The translations under genes were made by a program, and so were the position numbers. The notes under the pieces were generated by a model. The model saw only the letters and a program-made list of their open reading frames with translations, made no database searches and was not told the DNA's origin. This document shows positions 8,213-18,679 of a stretch of 64,000 bases of DNA, in pieces; the stretch's first letter is position 1; each line of letters begins with the position of its first letter. The stretch is from Candidatus Magasanikiibacteriota bacterium. GTDB lineage: Bacteria > Patescibacteriota > Patescibacteriia > Magasanikbacterales > GWA2-37-8. The stretch is taken from assembly GCA_030650025.1 (NCBI GenBank), contig JAUSEN010000009.1:29144-93143 (forward strand), written 5' to 3'.

Positions 8213-10549
8213 TTACTTCATTATTCCGGTGCTAAAACGGGCGAATTCCCAGAATAAGGCCGAGAAGAATAATGTCATGATGACAGGCGCCGCGAGTGAC
8301 ACCCAATTGCGCTTCCCGGGTTTAAACCAGCGCAACGTCAGAGAATTTGTCACGACTGAGACAGATGACAAGGCCATGGCCAGGCCGGCGAGTTCGGGTT
8401 TAAGCACGAGACCTATTCCCGCGAAAACTCGGGCCGCGATGGGGATCCCAACCACATTGTAAAACAAAGCAAAAAACAAATTTTGTTTAATTTTGTTCAT
8501 GGTTTGTTTCGAGAGTCCAATCGCTCCGACTACATCACGGAGGTCATTTTTCATGACTACCACTCCGCCTGTTTCCATCGCCACATCAGTTCCCGCGCCC
8601 ATCGCGATGCCGAGGTCTGCCTGCGCCAAAGCCGGCGCGTCATTAATTCCGTCACCCACCATCCCGACAAACATTTTTTTCTCTTGCAATTTCTTAATTT
8701 CCTCTACTTTGCCTTCTGGTAAAACTCCGGCAATAATATTACGAATTCCGGCTTGCGCTGCTATTGCTGTAGCCGTGCGTTCGTTATCCCCAGTTATCAT
8801 GTACACTTCTATTCCCATTTTCTCTAATTGTAAGACGGCTTCGCGCGATGTAGTTTTTAAGGTGTCTGCTACGGCCACTAGTCCCAATATTTTATTTTCA
8901 TCAGACACAATCATTACCGTTTTCCCCTCGCGCTCAAGGTTTATAACTGTTGTTTCGTCAGTAAGGCTTAATTTTAAGTTTTGCATTTTAAGTAACGCCC
9001 GGTTGCCGATAAAATATTTTTTCTCTCCAATCCGGCCCGCTATCCCTTGCCCGGGTATGGCTGTAAACTCACTGACCGCGATCAGTTCAACTTTATCTTC
9101 TTTAGTTTTGTTTACAATCGCTTCAGCCAAGGGGTGCTCGGATAAATTTTCAATCGATCCGGCAATCTGCAAGATATTGTCGTTATTTATTTTTAGGATG
9201 TCTGTTACTACCGGCTTTCCATTAGTAAGCGTGCCGGTTTTATCAAATACCATGGCGTTTATTTTGCAGGCCATCTCAAGTGGTTCGCCGCCTTTCACTA
9301 GTATCCCATATTCCGCGCCCTTGCCTGTGCCGACCATGAGGGCGGTGGGTGTCGCGAGGCCGAGCGCGCAAGGGCAAGCGATCACGATTACCGCGGTAAA
9401 AGTCATGAGCGCGAACGTAAGGGTACTGCCCAATACGAAGTACCAGATTATAAAAGCCAGGGCCGCCGCTACTAGCACCGTTGGCACAAAATATTGTGAG
9501 ACCCGATCCGCGAAATCTTGAATGCGGGCGCGCGAGCCTTGAGCCTCTTCCACCAGCCGAATAATTTGCGCCAAAACAGTTTCGTTACCCACTTTGGTTA
9601 CTGTAAATTCTAAACTGCCGAGTTTGTTTATAGTCGCGCCAACCACGCTGTCGCCCACCTGTTTTTCTACGGGCAAACTCTCGCCCGAGATCATGGATTC
9701 GTCCACCGACGAATGCCCGCGCGCGACCTTGCCATCCACGGGAATTTTCTCGCCTGGTTTTACGAGTACCATGTCGCCCGGTATAACTTCGTTAATTGGA
9801 ATATCAAAAGTTTTTCCGTCCCGAATGACATGCGCGATTTTTGGTTGTAGGCCCATCAACTTTTTAATCGCTTCCGAAGTTTTCCCTTTGGTCCTCGCTT
9901 CTAACCATTTGCCCATTGTTACAAACGTGATCAAGAAAGCGGCAGTTTCAAAATATAATTCGGGGATTTTGGCTCCCGCCAGCCCCAGCACGCTTTCTTT
10001 ACTAATAGCGTAAACCAAGAAATTAACCACGCTGTAAATATAAGCCGTGGTGGTCCCAATGGCAATCAAGCTATCCATGCCAAACATCTTCATGCGGATA
10101 CTGCTCCAAGTGCCTTTGTAAAACCCTCTGCCTACTATAAATTGAACTGGCGTCGCGAGTATAAAAGACACGATGCCGACATAGGGGAGTAGAACTGCGC
10201 CTCCTGGCAACCAACCAAAATAATCTAGCATCATGAAGTAAAGCATCGGCGCGGATAAAACTGCGCTCCACGCGAACAGCTTGAAGTAGTGGGCGATTTC
10301 CCGGGCGCGTTTGTGGCTTTCATGTTCCGTGTCGCTCGTATCCACGATCTCCGCGCCATAACCGGCCTTTTTCACTGCTTCTATAATTTTTTTGGTGGTA
10401 ATTTTTGCTTCGTCAAATTCCACTCGCGCTTTTTCGTTCGCAAAATTAACATTAGAGTTATTTATGCCCTCTGTTTTGCTAAGCGCCTTTTCAATTAATT
10501 TGGCACAACTGGCGCAGTGCATGCCTGATATAGTCAAATCTGTTTTCAT
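8213..10549 (-). CDS. copA: copper-translocating P1B-type ATPase
   Basis: N-terminal HMA domain GMHCASCA, a CPC motif in TM6 (ACPCALG), DKTGTLT phosphorylation site and a GDGINDAP hinge. Length is 778 aa. Confidence 0.9.
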   Translation of the reverse strand: MKTDLTISGMHCASCAKLIEKALSKTEGINNSNVNFANEKARVEFDEAKITTKKIIEAVKKAGYGAEIVDTSDTEHESHKRAREIAHYFKLFAWSAVLSAPMLYFMMLDYFGWLPGGAVLLPYVGIVSFILATPVQFIVGRGFYKGTWSSIRMKMFGMDSLIAIGTTTAYIYSVVNFLVYAISKESVLGLAGAKIPELYFETAAFLITFVTMGKWLEARTKGKTSEAIKKLMGLQPKIAHVIRDGKTFDIPINEVIPGDMVLVKPGEKIPVDGKVARGHSSVDESMISGESLPVEKQVGDSVVGATINKLGSLEFTVTKVGNETVLAQIIRLVEEAQGSRARIQDFADRVSQYFVPTVLVAAALAFIIWYFVLGSTLTFALMTFTAVIVIACPCALGLATPTALMVGTGKGAEYGILVKGGEPLEMACKINAMVFDKTGTLTNGKPVVTDILKINNDNILQIAGSIENLSEHPLAEAIVNKTKEDKVELIAVSEFTAIPGQGIAGRIGEKKYFIGNRALLKMQNLKLSLTDETTVINLEREGKTVMIVSDENKILGLVAVADTLKTTSREAVLQLEKMGIEVYMITGDNERTATAIAAQAGIRNIIAGVLPEGKVEEIKKLQEKKMFVGMVGDGINDAPALAQADLGIAMGAGTDVAMETGGVVVMKNDLRDVVGAIGLSKQTMNKIKQNLFFALFYNVVGIPIAARVFAGIGLVLKPELAGLAMALSSVSVVTNSLTLRWFKPGKRNWVSLAAPVIMTLFFSALFWEFARFSTGIMK

Positions 10550-10550
10550 A

Positions 10551-11945
10551 TTATTTAATGATTATTTTTCCTCGGTACATGCCCATGGAGCATGAGAAGG
10601 GAATTTCGCCGCTTACGGGGGCAGTAAATTCAATAATATTCTCCCCGGCGTTTAAACTGCGGCTAATCCCCAGGCTCGGCACCACAACAGAGCTGGCACA
10701 GCTAAACTGGCTGGTAGAATTGATAATCCAGCGAATTTTAGTGCCGGCTTTAACTGTTAGTATATTTGGCGAATATCCTCCGGCTGTCTGCGTCATTCTC
10801 ACTTCTTGCACGCTGTTGGCGTTAGTTTCTTGAGCTTGGGCGGTGTTGGCATTTTTAAAGCCGCCGAATAGCAATAATTGGCCATTAGATACATTGTACC
10901 AACCGAGAATTATTACGGCGATGCCCGCGGCCGCGAAGAACACTCTCGCTTTGGCGCCTTTGAAGACAGACGACAACCCGCCAAGCGAGAGCAGACCCGG
11001 AGCCGTGCCGAGCGCGAATAGGCCCATGATCAGCGCTCCTTTGGCAAGGCTACCGGTAGAGACCGCGTAGAGTTGCATCGCCTGCGTAAACCCGCACGGC
11101 AAGAAAAAGCTGGCCGCTCCGGCGTATAGAGCTGACTGGTGGCTGTATTCCTTAATATCAGTCGACATTCCGAAGAACCGCGCGAGTGATTTGGGTAGTG
11201 TCAGAGAGCTATTTTTTAGTTTCGGGAATATTTCAATCAACTTCAGACCTAAAAATAGCATCACTAACCCGACAATTATGGTAAAAAATCCTAAAAAAGT
11301 CGGCGAGGGTTTGAGGGCCGAGCCCACGGCGCCAATTACGCCACCAAGTATCGTATAGCCGAGAATTCTGCCCGCGTTAAAATATAAATGCGGTCGGAAT
11401 TTCTGCAGGCGCGTCGCTTCGGGGTGGCGTTCGGCGTGGCGCGCCGAGAGCCCCAGCACTAGTCCGCCAACGAGCGCCATACAAGTGGAGACTCCGGCCA
11501 CGAGGCCAACGATTAGAGCAATACCAACGCCTGCCTCGGCGCCGGAGTTAACTGAATAATTTAAAATTCCGAGCATTTTCGCGAGCCCATACACCACCCA
11601 GAGCGCCGCCGCGCCGAGGATTAAGTATTCGTAGTCCTTATAATTTTTGGAGATCCAGGGCAAGGGGCCGCTCGTGCCCATTGTGTACCCGGCCGCCTCC
11701 ACGGCTTGTTTTAATTTGTCTTGTAAGGAAGGCTGATCGGCGTTCCCGGCGTCAGCCGAGCGCGCCGGTTCCTCGTACGCAATGTTTGCGACACCAGTTT
11801 TATAGTTGACGTTGACCTTTGACACGCCCGGAATCTTTTTAATTTCACCCTCAATCAGGAGTTCACAGCTTTTACAGTGCATGCCCCGGATATTGATATT
11901 ACAACTAGGCATATATTTGCTAATAATAACAAAATCGCTTCTCAC
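10551..11945 (-). CDS. HMA-domain membrane protein (DsbD_2/TauE-like permease fold) with a C-terminal cupredoxin-like domain; putative metal transporter.
   Basis: N-terminal HMA domain (GMHCKSCE), then a multi-TM core with an FFLPCGF motif, then a soluble beta-rich tail. Its start abuts the copA stop. Confidence 0.5.
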   Translation of the reverse strand: MRSDFVIISKYMPSCNINIRGMHCKSCELLIEGEIKKIPGVSKVNVNYKTGVANIAYEEPARSADAGNADQPSLQDKLKQAVEAAGYTMGTSGPLPWISKNYKDYEYLILGAAALWVVYGLAKMLGILNYSVNSGAEAGVGIALIVGLVAGVSTCMALVGGLVLGLSARHAERHPEATRLQKFRPHLYFNAGRILGYTILGGVIGAVGSALKPSPTFLGFFTIIVGLVMLFLGLKLIEIFPKLKNSSLTLPKSLARFFGMSTDIKEYSHQSALYAGAASFFLPCGFTQAMQLYAVSTGSLAKGALIMGLFALGTAPGLLSLGGLSSVFKGAKARVFFAAAGIAVIILGWYNVSNGQLLLFGGFKNANTAQAQETNANSVQEVRMTQTAGGYSPNILTVKAGTKIRWIINSTSQFSCASSVVVPSLGISRSLNAGENIIEFTAPVSGEIPFSCSMGMYRGKIIIK

Positions 11946-11986
11946 TTAAACTGCCTACCACTTATATAAAATAGCGATAGACAAAC

Positions 11987-12424
11987 TTAACAAGAAGCGA
12001 AACTGCGTTGTTCCAAGAGTGTGAGCCAAGATAAAAAGTTTTTAGTATGGGTTTTAAATCTTTCCGCTCGGCCGTGTAACTTTAATTTTATTACATTTCT
12101 AATTCGCCACCAATTAAGTCGCTCTCGCCAGAGCGTAGCGAGCGCGCTCGCGGTAAACAAAAGGACTATTAAAGACAATATCTGTGTCCAGTCGGGCACT
12201 ACAAAAATTAGTGACCGAAAAAATGCCACGTGCGTTTGCAAGCACCCGGTCGGCGCTGTTTTTAAACTCTCGCCGCCGCTCTGGCTCATGCCCATTGGTG
12301 TTGCGCCCGCGCAGGGGGTTTTCATTCCTTGGGCCATAGTCATTTGGGGGCAAAACAGCAAAAACAGCGACGCTGTCAAAAACGCGCCTAAGGCGATCAC
12401 CGAAATAGTATTACGCAGTCGCAT
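11987..12424 (-). CDS. small membrane protein with a Met/Cys-rich loop (possible Cu-binding)
   Basis: Two TM helices flank CPQMTMAQGMKTPCAGATPMGMSQSGG. Same strand as the copper cluster. The antisense 164-aa ORF looks non-coding. Confidence 0.3.
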   Translation of the reverse strand: MRLRNTISVIALGAFLTASLFLLFCPQMTMAQGMKTPCAGATPMGMSQSGGESLKTAPTGCLQTHVAFFRSLIFVVPDWTQILSLIVLLFTASALATLWRERLNWWRIRNVIKLKLHGRAERFKTHTKNFLSWLTLLEQRSFASC

Positions 12425-12474
12425 ATATCTATATTTTTATTTTAAACCCGCTGGCTATAAAAGTCAAAGACTGT

Positions 12475-12969
12475 TTACAGAGTTTCAAACACCCCGATTT
12501 TCTCGTTTTTCTTAACATTATACCAGTCGAAGACTTTGCCGTTCATGGCGATATATACCCCGGGTGGTAGCACCTGGACAAATGCCACGGCGGTCCCCAA
12601 GTTAAACATGCTGTCCGAATTTACCAGCGAGTTCGGCATCATCGCCCCGGTCAAAACCACGGTTTTATTTTGCGTTAATTCTTTATTATCGCCGAGCATT
12701 TTAGCGGTCTCGGCCATGGTACTGGTGCCGTGGGTGATCAAGATTTTATCTTCCGGTGTGGCTAAGCAATTCTCCAAAATGGATTGTCGATCCGCGAAAG
12801 TCATTTTTAAGCTGTCAATCATCATAAGGGTGCGGATATCAAACTCGGCTTTACAGCGGGCAATCTCGAGCATCTTCGTCAGAGAAGTCTCTTTAAATTC
12901 CAGCTCCTCTTTTATTTCGTTGTAGACTTTATCAAACGACCCACCCGTCACAAAAATTTTTATAGACAT
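12475..12969 (-). CDS. asparaginase-family N-terminal-domain protein
   Basis: Has the ITHGTSTMAETA motif (asparaginase THGTDTMEETA) and an FVTGGS N-terminal turn. At 164 aa it is only half the usual length. Confidence 0.5.
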   Translation of the reverse strand: MSIKIFVTGGSFDKVYNEIKEELEFKETSLTKMLEIARCKAEFDIRTLMMIDSLKMTFADRQSILENCLATPEDKILITHGTSTMAETAKMLGDNKELTQNKTVVLTGAMMPNSLVNSDSMFNLGTAVAFVQVLPPGVYIAMNGKVFDWYNVKKNEKIGVFETL

Positions 12970-13105
12970 AGACGTAGAATTATTTAAAAGCTACCAGTAA
13001 TATACTGCTCGAACTGATTTTTGTAAAGCAGATGTATGGTACCAATGCAGCGGCTAGTGTAGAAATAAAAATATCCCGCCACAGCAGGATATTTTAAGAT
13101 TTTTT

Positions 13106-13167
13106 CAAGACCACCCTCGATATACCGGCAAGAACTTGTAAGTATATCGAGTGTGAAGGTGGTCTTG
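13106..13167. repeat. long imperfect hairpin at the left junction of high-GC island B
   Basis: caagaccaccctcgatatac ... gtatatcgagtgtgaaggtggtcttg. Confidence 0.5.
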
Positions 13168-13191
13168 TGTGTGTAGAACCGTTCGAGCGAA

Positions 13192-13222
13192 CCCTCCCTC
13201 CAGCGACACGCCGGAGGGAGGG
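13192..13222. terminator. GC-rich hairpin terminator of the island B gene
   Basis: ccctccctcc-agcgacacgcc-ggagggaggg: a 10-bp stem downstream of the minus-strand gene that ends at 13245. Confidence 0.6.
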
Positions 13223-13244
13223 TTGTACACCCAGCCGCGGCGCG

Positions 13245-13793
13245 TTACTCGTCGTCCAACTTCATCCGGGTATGAATCCGCGGCGGCGGGGCTCGCGGCG
13301 GATCCGGGGGCGGGGGCGGCGGTCGCGGAGCGACCAGGCGGGGTTCACGCTGGATCGCTTCCGCGATCGCGGCTTCGATCGCCGCGGCGAGCCCCGGCTC
13401 GCGGGGCGGCAGTCCACCGATGTCGAAGCCCAGGCTTCCCCAGCTCACGGTAGCGTCCGCGCGGAACTTGCCAGCGGATACAACCTGCCCCTGTCTGCGG
13501 TAGTCCACTTCCACCTCCTCCGCGCACTTCTCCGGGTCGCTGGCGAGTAGGGGGTGCTTTGTGTAGATGGCCACCAACCGCGCGTGCCGGTCAACGTTGC
13601 CGACCAGCAGGGTGCCGTCCGAGAGCAAGACGAGTTTCCCTACGTACTTGTGATGGTCGTACAGCCTCTCGAAAGTCGGAACTTCTGCTTCCGGGTAATT
13701 CTGGTGGCAGAATGCCACCACGTTCGTCACGTTCGTGGTGCGCATTGGTCGCCTCCTGCCCACCACCCTACGCAATTTTTTATGGGTTGTCAA
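13245..13793 (-). CDS. hypothetical protein with Pro-rich C-terminus (high-GC island B)
   Basis: 182 aa at about 66% GC with a strong SD (aggaggcgaccaATG). C-terminus reads PRPPPPPPDPPRAPPP. No recognisable family. Confidence 0.4.
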   Translation of the reverse strand: MTTHKKLRRVVGRRRPMRTTNVTNVVAFCHQNYPEAEVPTFERLYDHHKYVGKLVLLSDGTLLVGNVDRHARLVAIYTKHPLLASDPEKCAEEVEVDYRRQGQVVSAGKFRADATVSWGSLGFDIGGLPPREPGLAAAIEAAIAEAIQREPRLVAPRPPPPPPDPPRAPPPRIHTRMKLDDE

Positions 13794-13840
13794 ATAAAAA
13801 CAACAAAAAATATTTTCCGTAAAATTTTGGGTTAAACGAA

Positions 13841-13872
13841 GTAGGGAACCCCGCCAAGGCGGGGTTCCCTAC
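13841..13872. repeat. REP family-2 hairpin (GTAGGGA...TCCCTAC); also serves as the recA terminator.
   Basis: gtagggaaccccgccaaggcggggttccctac. Preceded by the conserved leader aaaaaatattttccgtaaaatttt that also sits at 18604-18630. Confidence 0.65.
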
Positions 13873-13894
13873 AAATAAATTAATTTAGATTCAA

Positions 13895-14980
13895 TTATTC
13901 TGTTCCAGCTAGCGCTGTGTCGGGTGAGGCGGCTGAAGCCGTTTCCGGTGGTTCGCCCCTGTCCACTACTTCCAGCACTTGATCACGGATTTTTTTCATT
14001 AGTTTGGGGTTGGCTTTGAGGTAAGCTTTAGCGGTTTCGCGCCCCACTCCTAATTTTTCTTCGCCCCCGTCTTTGGTGGGGTACAAATAACTATTTCCTT
14101 TTTTGTCCACTATTTTATAAAGCACTGCCGTGTCGAGCGTGTCGCCCGCGAGCGAAATGCCTTCGTTATACATGATGTCGAATTCGGTGGTGCGGAAGGG
14201 CGCGGCGACTTTATTTTTCACGATTTTAACCTTAACGCGGTTGCCGATAATTTTATCGCCCTGTTTAATTTGCGCCGCGCGGCGAATTTCAATGCGGATA
14301 GACGAATAAAATTTTAAAGCCATGCCTCCGGTGGTAGTTTCTGGGTTGCCAAACACAATGCCAATTTTCATGCGTGTTTGGTTGATAAAGATGACGATGG
14401 TTCGGGATTTACTCACAATGCCGGTGAGCTTACGCAGAGCCTGGCTCATAAGGCGAGCTTGTAACCCCATGTGCGAATCGCCCATGTCGCCATCAATTTC
14501 TTTCTGGGGTACGAGCGCCGCCACCGAATCAATTACTACCACATCCACGGCATTGCTTCGAACCAGTGTTTCCACGATTTCGAGCGCCTGTTCGCCCGTG
14601 TCTGGTTGCGAAATTAATAATTCATCAACTTTAACGCCGATTTTTTTGGCATAATCCGGGTCGAGGGCATGCTCGGCGTCCACAAACGCCGCCAGCCCGC
14701 CGAGCTTCTGTACCTCGGCTACAATGTGCTGGGCGAGCGTGGTTTTGCCGCTCGATTCTGGCCCGTAAATTTCAATGACGCGGCCGCGTGGCACGCCCTT
14801 GACGCCAAGCGCGATATCTAAGGATAGACAGCCGGTTGTTACCGCGTCTACCTGCATGGTTTTGGAGTCGCCAAATTTCATAATGGCGCCCGCGCCGAAT
14901 TTGGTTCTAATTTGTTCAATCGCCGTGGCGGCGGCCTTAGACTTTTCTGAATCCTCGTTTTTAATATTTGTTTTAGACAT
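13895..14980 (-). CDS. recA: recombinase RecA
   Basis: Walker [11 protein letters not shown]1/L2 regions and overall collinearity with RecA. Length is 361 aa. Confidence 0.95.
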   Translation of the reverse strand: MSKTNIKNEDSEKSKAAATAIEQIRTKFGAGAIMKFGDSKTMQVDAVTTGCLSLDIALGVKGVPRGRVIEIYGPESSGKTTLAQHIVAEVQKLGGLAAFVDAEHALDPDYAKKIGVKVDELLISQPDTGEQALEIVETLVRSNAVDVVVIDSVAALVPQKEIDGDMGDSHMGLQARLMSQALRKLTGIVSKSRTIVIFINQTRMKIGIVFGNPETTTGGMALKFYSSIRIEIRRAAQIKQGDKIIGNRVKVKIVKNKVAAPFRTTEFDIMYNEGISLAGDTLDTAVLYKIVDKKGNSYLYPTKDGGEEKLGVGRETAKAYLKANPKLMKKIRDQVLEVVDRGEPPETASAASPDTALAGTE

Positions 14981-15024
14981 AAAATATAACTGCGTTCCCC
15001 CAATCGCTTAGTATTAATTATAAA

Positions 15025-15738
15025 TTAATAGTTTGGTTCACTTGCTCCCAAACTAACTTTTTCGCCATATTTCGGCGCTCGTACCACCACGTGCCGCGTA
15101 ATGGTAGTTTTTTTGCCGTGCTTTTTTATAGCTTCAAAAGTTAAAGTACTCACACCTTCGGACACATCCACCTTCATGTTAAACCGGCCCGCTTCGTTTA
15201 CCATCACATCTTGGCCATTGACTTTTAAGGTTACTTCGGGTTCAGTTTGCCCCTGAATGGCGAGCGTCAGGCTGTTTACCAGCTCGCCTTCTTGCGGCGA
15301 AATTAGTGTCAGGCGCGGCGGTTGCAAAACGCCATGAATCTGCCAAAGTAAGTAGCCGGCAAATAATACCACCGCGCCTAGCAGTAAGCTGGTGCGCAGA
15401 GCGGTAGTAACGGACGCGAAGCGTGAAAACACAATTTGCCGGTGCGGGTGGACTTGCTCGGCGTCGAGGAGCCCGGCTTCGCGCGCCAATTGTTCTAAGC
15501 ATTCCTTTTCGTTAAGCCCGACTGCCTGCGCGAATTCTTTTATATAAGCGCGCCGAAATGCCACGGCTTTAGGCAATTTTTTAAATTCGCCATTTTCGAT
15601 TGCTTCCAGGTACGGCGTGGCAATGTGGGTGATTTGGCCAATATATTCGAGCGTTAACTTGGCCTCCTCGCGCGCTTCTTTTAATCTCTGGCCCAGGCGC
15701 CTGGTAGCCTCCAATTTTTTATAACAAAATATCGTCAT
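15025..15738 (-). CDS. RodZ-like HTH (XRE) membrane protein
   Basis: N-terminal HTH (RLKEAREEAKLTLEYIGQITHI), a single TM, and a C-terminal beta domain (DUF4115-like). Confidence 0.55.
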   Translation of the reverse strand: MTIFCYKKLEATRRLGQRLKEAREEAKLTLEYIGQITHIATPYLEAIENGEFKKLPKAVAFRRAYIKEFAQAVGLNEKECLEQLAREAGLLDAEQVHPHRQIVFSRFASVTTALRTSLLLGAVVLFAGYLLWQIHGVLQPPRLTLISPQEGELVNSLTLAIQGQTEPEVTLKVNGQDVMVNEAGRFNMKVDVSEGVSTLTFEAIKKHGKKTTITRHVVVRAPKYGEKVSLGASEPNY

Positions 15739-15743
15739 AATTA

Positions 15744-18188
15744 TTATTCAATCGCTTCAGGGTCATCGTTTGTTTTCTCGGCGCTATTTTCTTCAGCTGT
15801 TTTTTCTTCTAAACTCTCTTCATCGCTTGCGGTGGTAATTTTTTCTGGAGAGTCAAACACACTACCCCCCGCGTCCATGGTCTGTTTGTTTGGCTCTAAC
15901 TCTGGCTCCGCCGGTGGGCGAGAGTAACCCGCTGGCCTCGTCTGCCCCGGCGAATAAAAAGAATCACTCGGCGCGAAAACTTCACGCGGTTTCGCGCCTT
16001 CTCCTGGCCCTACTATACCATTCTCTTCGAGCTCGTCAAGGAGGCGCGCCGCTCGGGCATACCCCACTTTCATGCGCCGCTGGAGGAGCGAGGCCGAGGC
16101 CTTGCCCGATTCAATCACCAGGCGTTTGGCTTCTTCAAATAAAGGATCTTGGTCGTCGCTTGGCCCTCCAAACAGGCTCATCGTGCCGCTTACGCCGCCT
16201 TTAGATACAATCGAATCATCATATCGCGCTGGCTCATCACCCTGGAGGTAAGTAACCAGCGATTTCATTTCTTCTTCGGATACATAGGCTCCTTGCAAGC
16301 GTTTGGGTTTAGAGAGTTCCGCGGTCAAGAGGAGCATATCGCCGCGGCCAAGGAGTTTTTCCGCGCCCGGGCAGTCCAAAATAGTGCGCGAATCAATGAT
16401 GGACGCGACTGAAAACGCCAAACGCGCGGGGATATTGGCTTTCATGAGGCCGGTAATAACTTCAACGCTCGGCCGCTGGGTAGCCACAATTAGGTGGATG
16501 CCAACCGCGCGCGCCATTTGGGCAATGCGGATAATCCCGGCTTCCACTTCGGCCGGGGCCGTGGTCATTAAATCGGCCAGCTCGTCAATCACAAAAACAA
16601 TGTAAGGCAGTTTATCCGCGGTCGCTTTGTTATAAGACTGGATATCGCGTTTGCCCGCGGCCGAAAGTAAATCAAAGCGCCGATCCATTTCGCCAATCAC
16701 CCACTTTAAAGCATTGACTGTTTTGGCCGCGTCCGTGATCACGGGGGTTAGCAAATGGGGAATGCCGTTATAAAGAGTCAGTTCCACGCGCTTTGGGTCA
16801 ACCATTATTAGGCGTAATGTTTCGGGCGTATTTTGAAATAACAAACTCAAAATTACCGTATTAATACAAACTGTTTTACCGCTTCCCGTGGCACCCGCGA
16901 TTAGCATGTGCGGCATTTTGAGTAAATCTCCAAACCATACTTTGCCTGCCACATCTTTGCCGAGAGCCACCATCATGGAATGCTCGCGATTTTTATATTC
17001 CGGGCTTTCCAATAATTCGCGCAGTGTTACCATCGCCACTTTCTGATTAGGCACTTCAATGCCAACGAGGGCCTTACCCGGTATTGGCGCTTCAATGCGG
17101 ATCGGATGAGCCGCTAACGCCAAAGCCAAATCGTTTGACAGGCCAGTGATCCGGGCCAGTTTTACGCCCTTATCTGGTTTCAGCGAATATTGCGTTACCG
17201 TGGGGCCAACGCGCACTTCCCCCATCTCTACCTCAATGCCAAAATTATGCAGCATGTCTTTGATTACCGCGGCATTGCTTTTAATGTCCCCGCTGGTAGG
17301 TTTGCTTTTAGAAATATGCAGTAAGTCCAAACTCGGCAAATTTTTATAAACAATTTTTTCTTTAATGATTTCCATTTTATTTTTTTCTTCACCTTCTTCC
17401 GCGTCCCCATTTTTACCATTCTCGCGTTGCCCGGCCATTGCTTTATGCTTAAATATTCGCCGCTCTTCTTCCGCGCCGTCATCCTCGGCTTCTTCCTCGT
17501 CGGTTTTGGTGGTCGCTCTCTCTCGCTTGTTTCCTAACTCTTGGTTGGCCGTGTCGCCAATTTCATATTCGCCTTTAATTTTAAATCTAATTGGCTGGTC
17601 GGATTTTTCAAATTTACTAAACAACGCTACCACTCGCGCGCCCATCCAGCCAATGCTCGCCAAGAATTTTTTATGAATGTCCACGATATTAGCGAGCGAA
17701 GTATTAAAGAGCAAAATAATGCCAACCAGCATGAGCCCGATTAAAATCAAGAGTCCTCCCCAGTACCCGAGGTACATTAAAGCCGGCCAAGAGAGAACGA
17801 GGCCGGCGAGCCCGCCGCCAAAACCTTGGAGCGCGATCGAAACGAGCGCCTCGATCGGTTTTTGTATATGCACCAGCCCATTGAACGACAGTAAAAAAAT
17901 TACCGCTCCGATTAGGTGGGTGGGGCGGTATTTATATTCCGCGTCCTTAATTACAAAATAGATTAAAATCAAAAGCACTAATGGGAAGGCGTAGCGCACT
18001 TGGCCAAAAGTTATCGCGAGCAAAGAGTCCACAAATTTTCCGGCTACGCCCGCGCTGTCAAAAAAACTCAAAATAGATAGGCCGGCCACCACTAATAATA
18101 AAACCGCTAAAACGCCCCGATTAATGGGTGGGTTAACCTCGATTTTTTCGTACCACCTAACGCGGCTACGGCGGCGCGGTCTGTACAT
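15744..18188 (-). CDS. ftsK: DNA translocase FtsK/SpoIIIE
   Basis: N-terminal TM domain, a linker, an ATPase with Walker A GATGSGKTVCIN, and a C-terminal gamma/winged-helix domain. Length is 814 aa. Confidence 0.9.
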   Translation of the reverse strand: MYRPRRRSRVRWYEKIEVNPPINRGVLAVLLLVVAGLSILSFFDSAGVAGKFVDSLLAITFGQVRYAFPLVLLILIYFVIKDAEYKYRPTHLIGAVIFLLSFNGLVHIQKPIEALVSIALQGFGGGLAGLVLSWPALMYLGYWGGLLILIGLMLVGIILLFNTSLANIVDIHKKFLASIGWMGARVVALFSKFEKSDQPIRFKIKGEYEIGDTANQELGNKRERATTKTDEEEAEDDGAEEERRIFKHKAMAGQRENGKNGDAEEGEEKNKMEIIKEKIVYKNLPSLDLLHISKSKPTSGDIKSNAAVIKDMLHNFGIEVEMGEVRVGPTVTQYSLKPDKGVKLARITGLSNDLALALAAHPIRIEAPIPGKALVGIEVPNQKVAMVTLRELLESPEYKNREHSMMVALGKDVAGKVWFGDLLKMPHMLIAGATGSGKTVCINTVILSLLFQNTPETLRLIMVDPKRVELTLYNGIPHLLTPVITDAAKTVNALKWVIGEMDRRFDLLSAAGKRDIQSYNKATADKLPYIVFVIDELADLMTTAPAEVEAGIIRIAQMARAVGIHLIVATQRPSVEVITGLMKANIPARLAFSVASIIDSRTILDCPGAEKLLGRGDMLLLTAELSKPKRLQGAYVSEEEMKSLVTYLQGDEPARYDDSIVSKGGVSGTMSLFGGPSDDQDPLFEEAKRLVIESGKASASLLQRRMKVGYARAARLLDELEENGIVGPGEGAKPREVFAPSDSFYSPGQTRPAGYSRPPAEPELEPNKQTMDAGGSVFDSPEKITTASDEESLEEKTAEENSAEKTNDDPEAIE

Positions 18189-18348
18189 AAATAATTATAA
18201 GCATTCCGCCAAAGGCGGATTGTTAACTGACACAAAATTTTTCAAATTTTGGTCGTTAACAACAAAATTCGTGCCTTTATGCACTCGTCTCCCGTCTTTA
18301 TTATAGCACAAAAAAGCCCTCGAGCGTAGTCGAGAGGCTTGTGCACAG

Positions 18349-18510
18349 ACTCTGGCCAATTTACTGCGAGAAGAGCTGCATGTCTTAGCTAACGGACCGA
18401 ATCTAGAAAACGCTGCTAGAACACCGGAGTGTTCAAAGCAAGAGAGAGACTGTTTTTTAGCGTCCTGCCCGGTTGAGACATCAACTCTTTCGCAGTAAAC
18501 TGGCCACAGC
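18349..18510 (-). ncRNA. Candidate structured RNA or 5' leader upstream of ftsK.
   Basis: A 19/20-bp long-range helix (ggccaatttactgcgagaag pairs with cttTcgcagtaaActggcc) encloses about 120 nt with internal hairpins. It lies between the predicted ftsK promoter and the ftsK start. No family was identified. Confidence 0.3.
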
Positions 18511-18570
18511 AATTTATTTTTTTAGTTTTAGAGATGATTTAGATGTTATGAGAGTGGTTGGCAGTCTTTA

Positions 18571-18599
18571 ATTGTAGCGGAATTTAATAGTCTGTCAAG
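18571..18599 (-). promoter_or_regulatory. Sigma70-like promoter (TTGACA-17-TACAAT) reading toward ftsK.
   Basis: The reverse complement reads cacTTGACAgactattaaattccgcTACAAT. Confidence 0.5.
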
Positions 18600-18630
18600 T
18601 GTGACCAAAAAATATTGTCCGTAAAATTTT

Positions 18631-18659
18631 GTAGGGACAGGGCATTGCCCTGTCCCTAC
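18631..18659. repeat. REP family-2 hairpin
   Basis: gtagggacagggcattgccctgtccctac, with the same leader ...aatattgtccgtaaaattttg as the 13841 copy. Confidence 0.65.
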
Positions 18660-18679
18660 TTGGTTTCTCTAATTTTTTA

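Noticed and set aside
8493-9521. A 342-aa plus-strand ORF, and other ORFs antisense to copA, rpoB, rpoC, ileS, ftsK and recA
   Set aside because: They are entirely embedded antisense in strongly conserved genes and have low-complexity Ser/Pro/Ala-rich translations. They are not coding.
12021-12515. A 164-aa plus-strand ORF overlapping the Met-rich membrane ORF
   Set aside because: Its translation lacks any domain-like pattern. The minus-strand ORF fits the copper-cluster context and has TM helices. Neither call is strong.
15242-15502. An 86-aa minus-strand ORF inside the rodZ-like gene in another frame
   Set aside because: It is fully nested in a better-supported longer ORF on the same strand.
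18349-18510. Specific identity of the structured region as 6S, SRP, tmRNA or RNase P RNA
   Set aside because: The conserved core motifs of these RNAs were not found: GGAAGCAGCC, the tmRNA tag with 3' T-arm and CCA, and the RNase P P4/GGAAAGUCCGG motif. Only a generic candidate ncRNA is reported.
18195-18512. A 105-aa minus-strand ORF upstream of ftsK
   Set aside because: It overlaps the predicted promoter and leader-RNA structure, has an unusual composition (Cys/Ser/Arg-rich) and no RBS. It is treated as non-coding.
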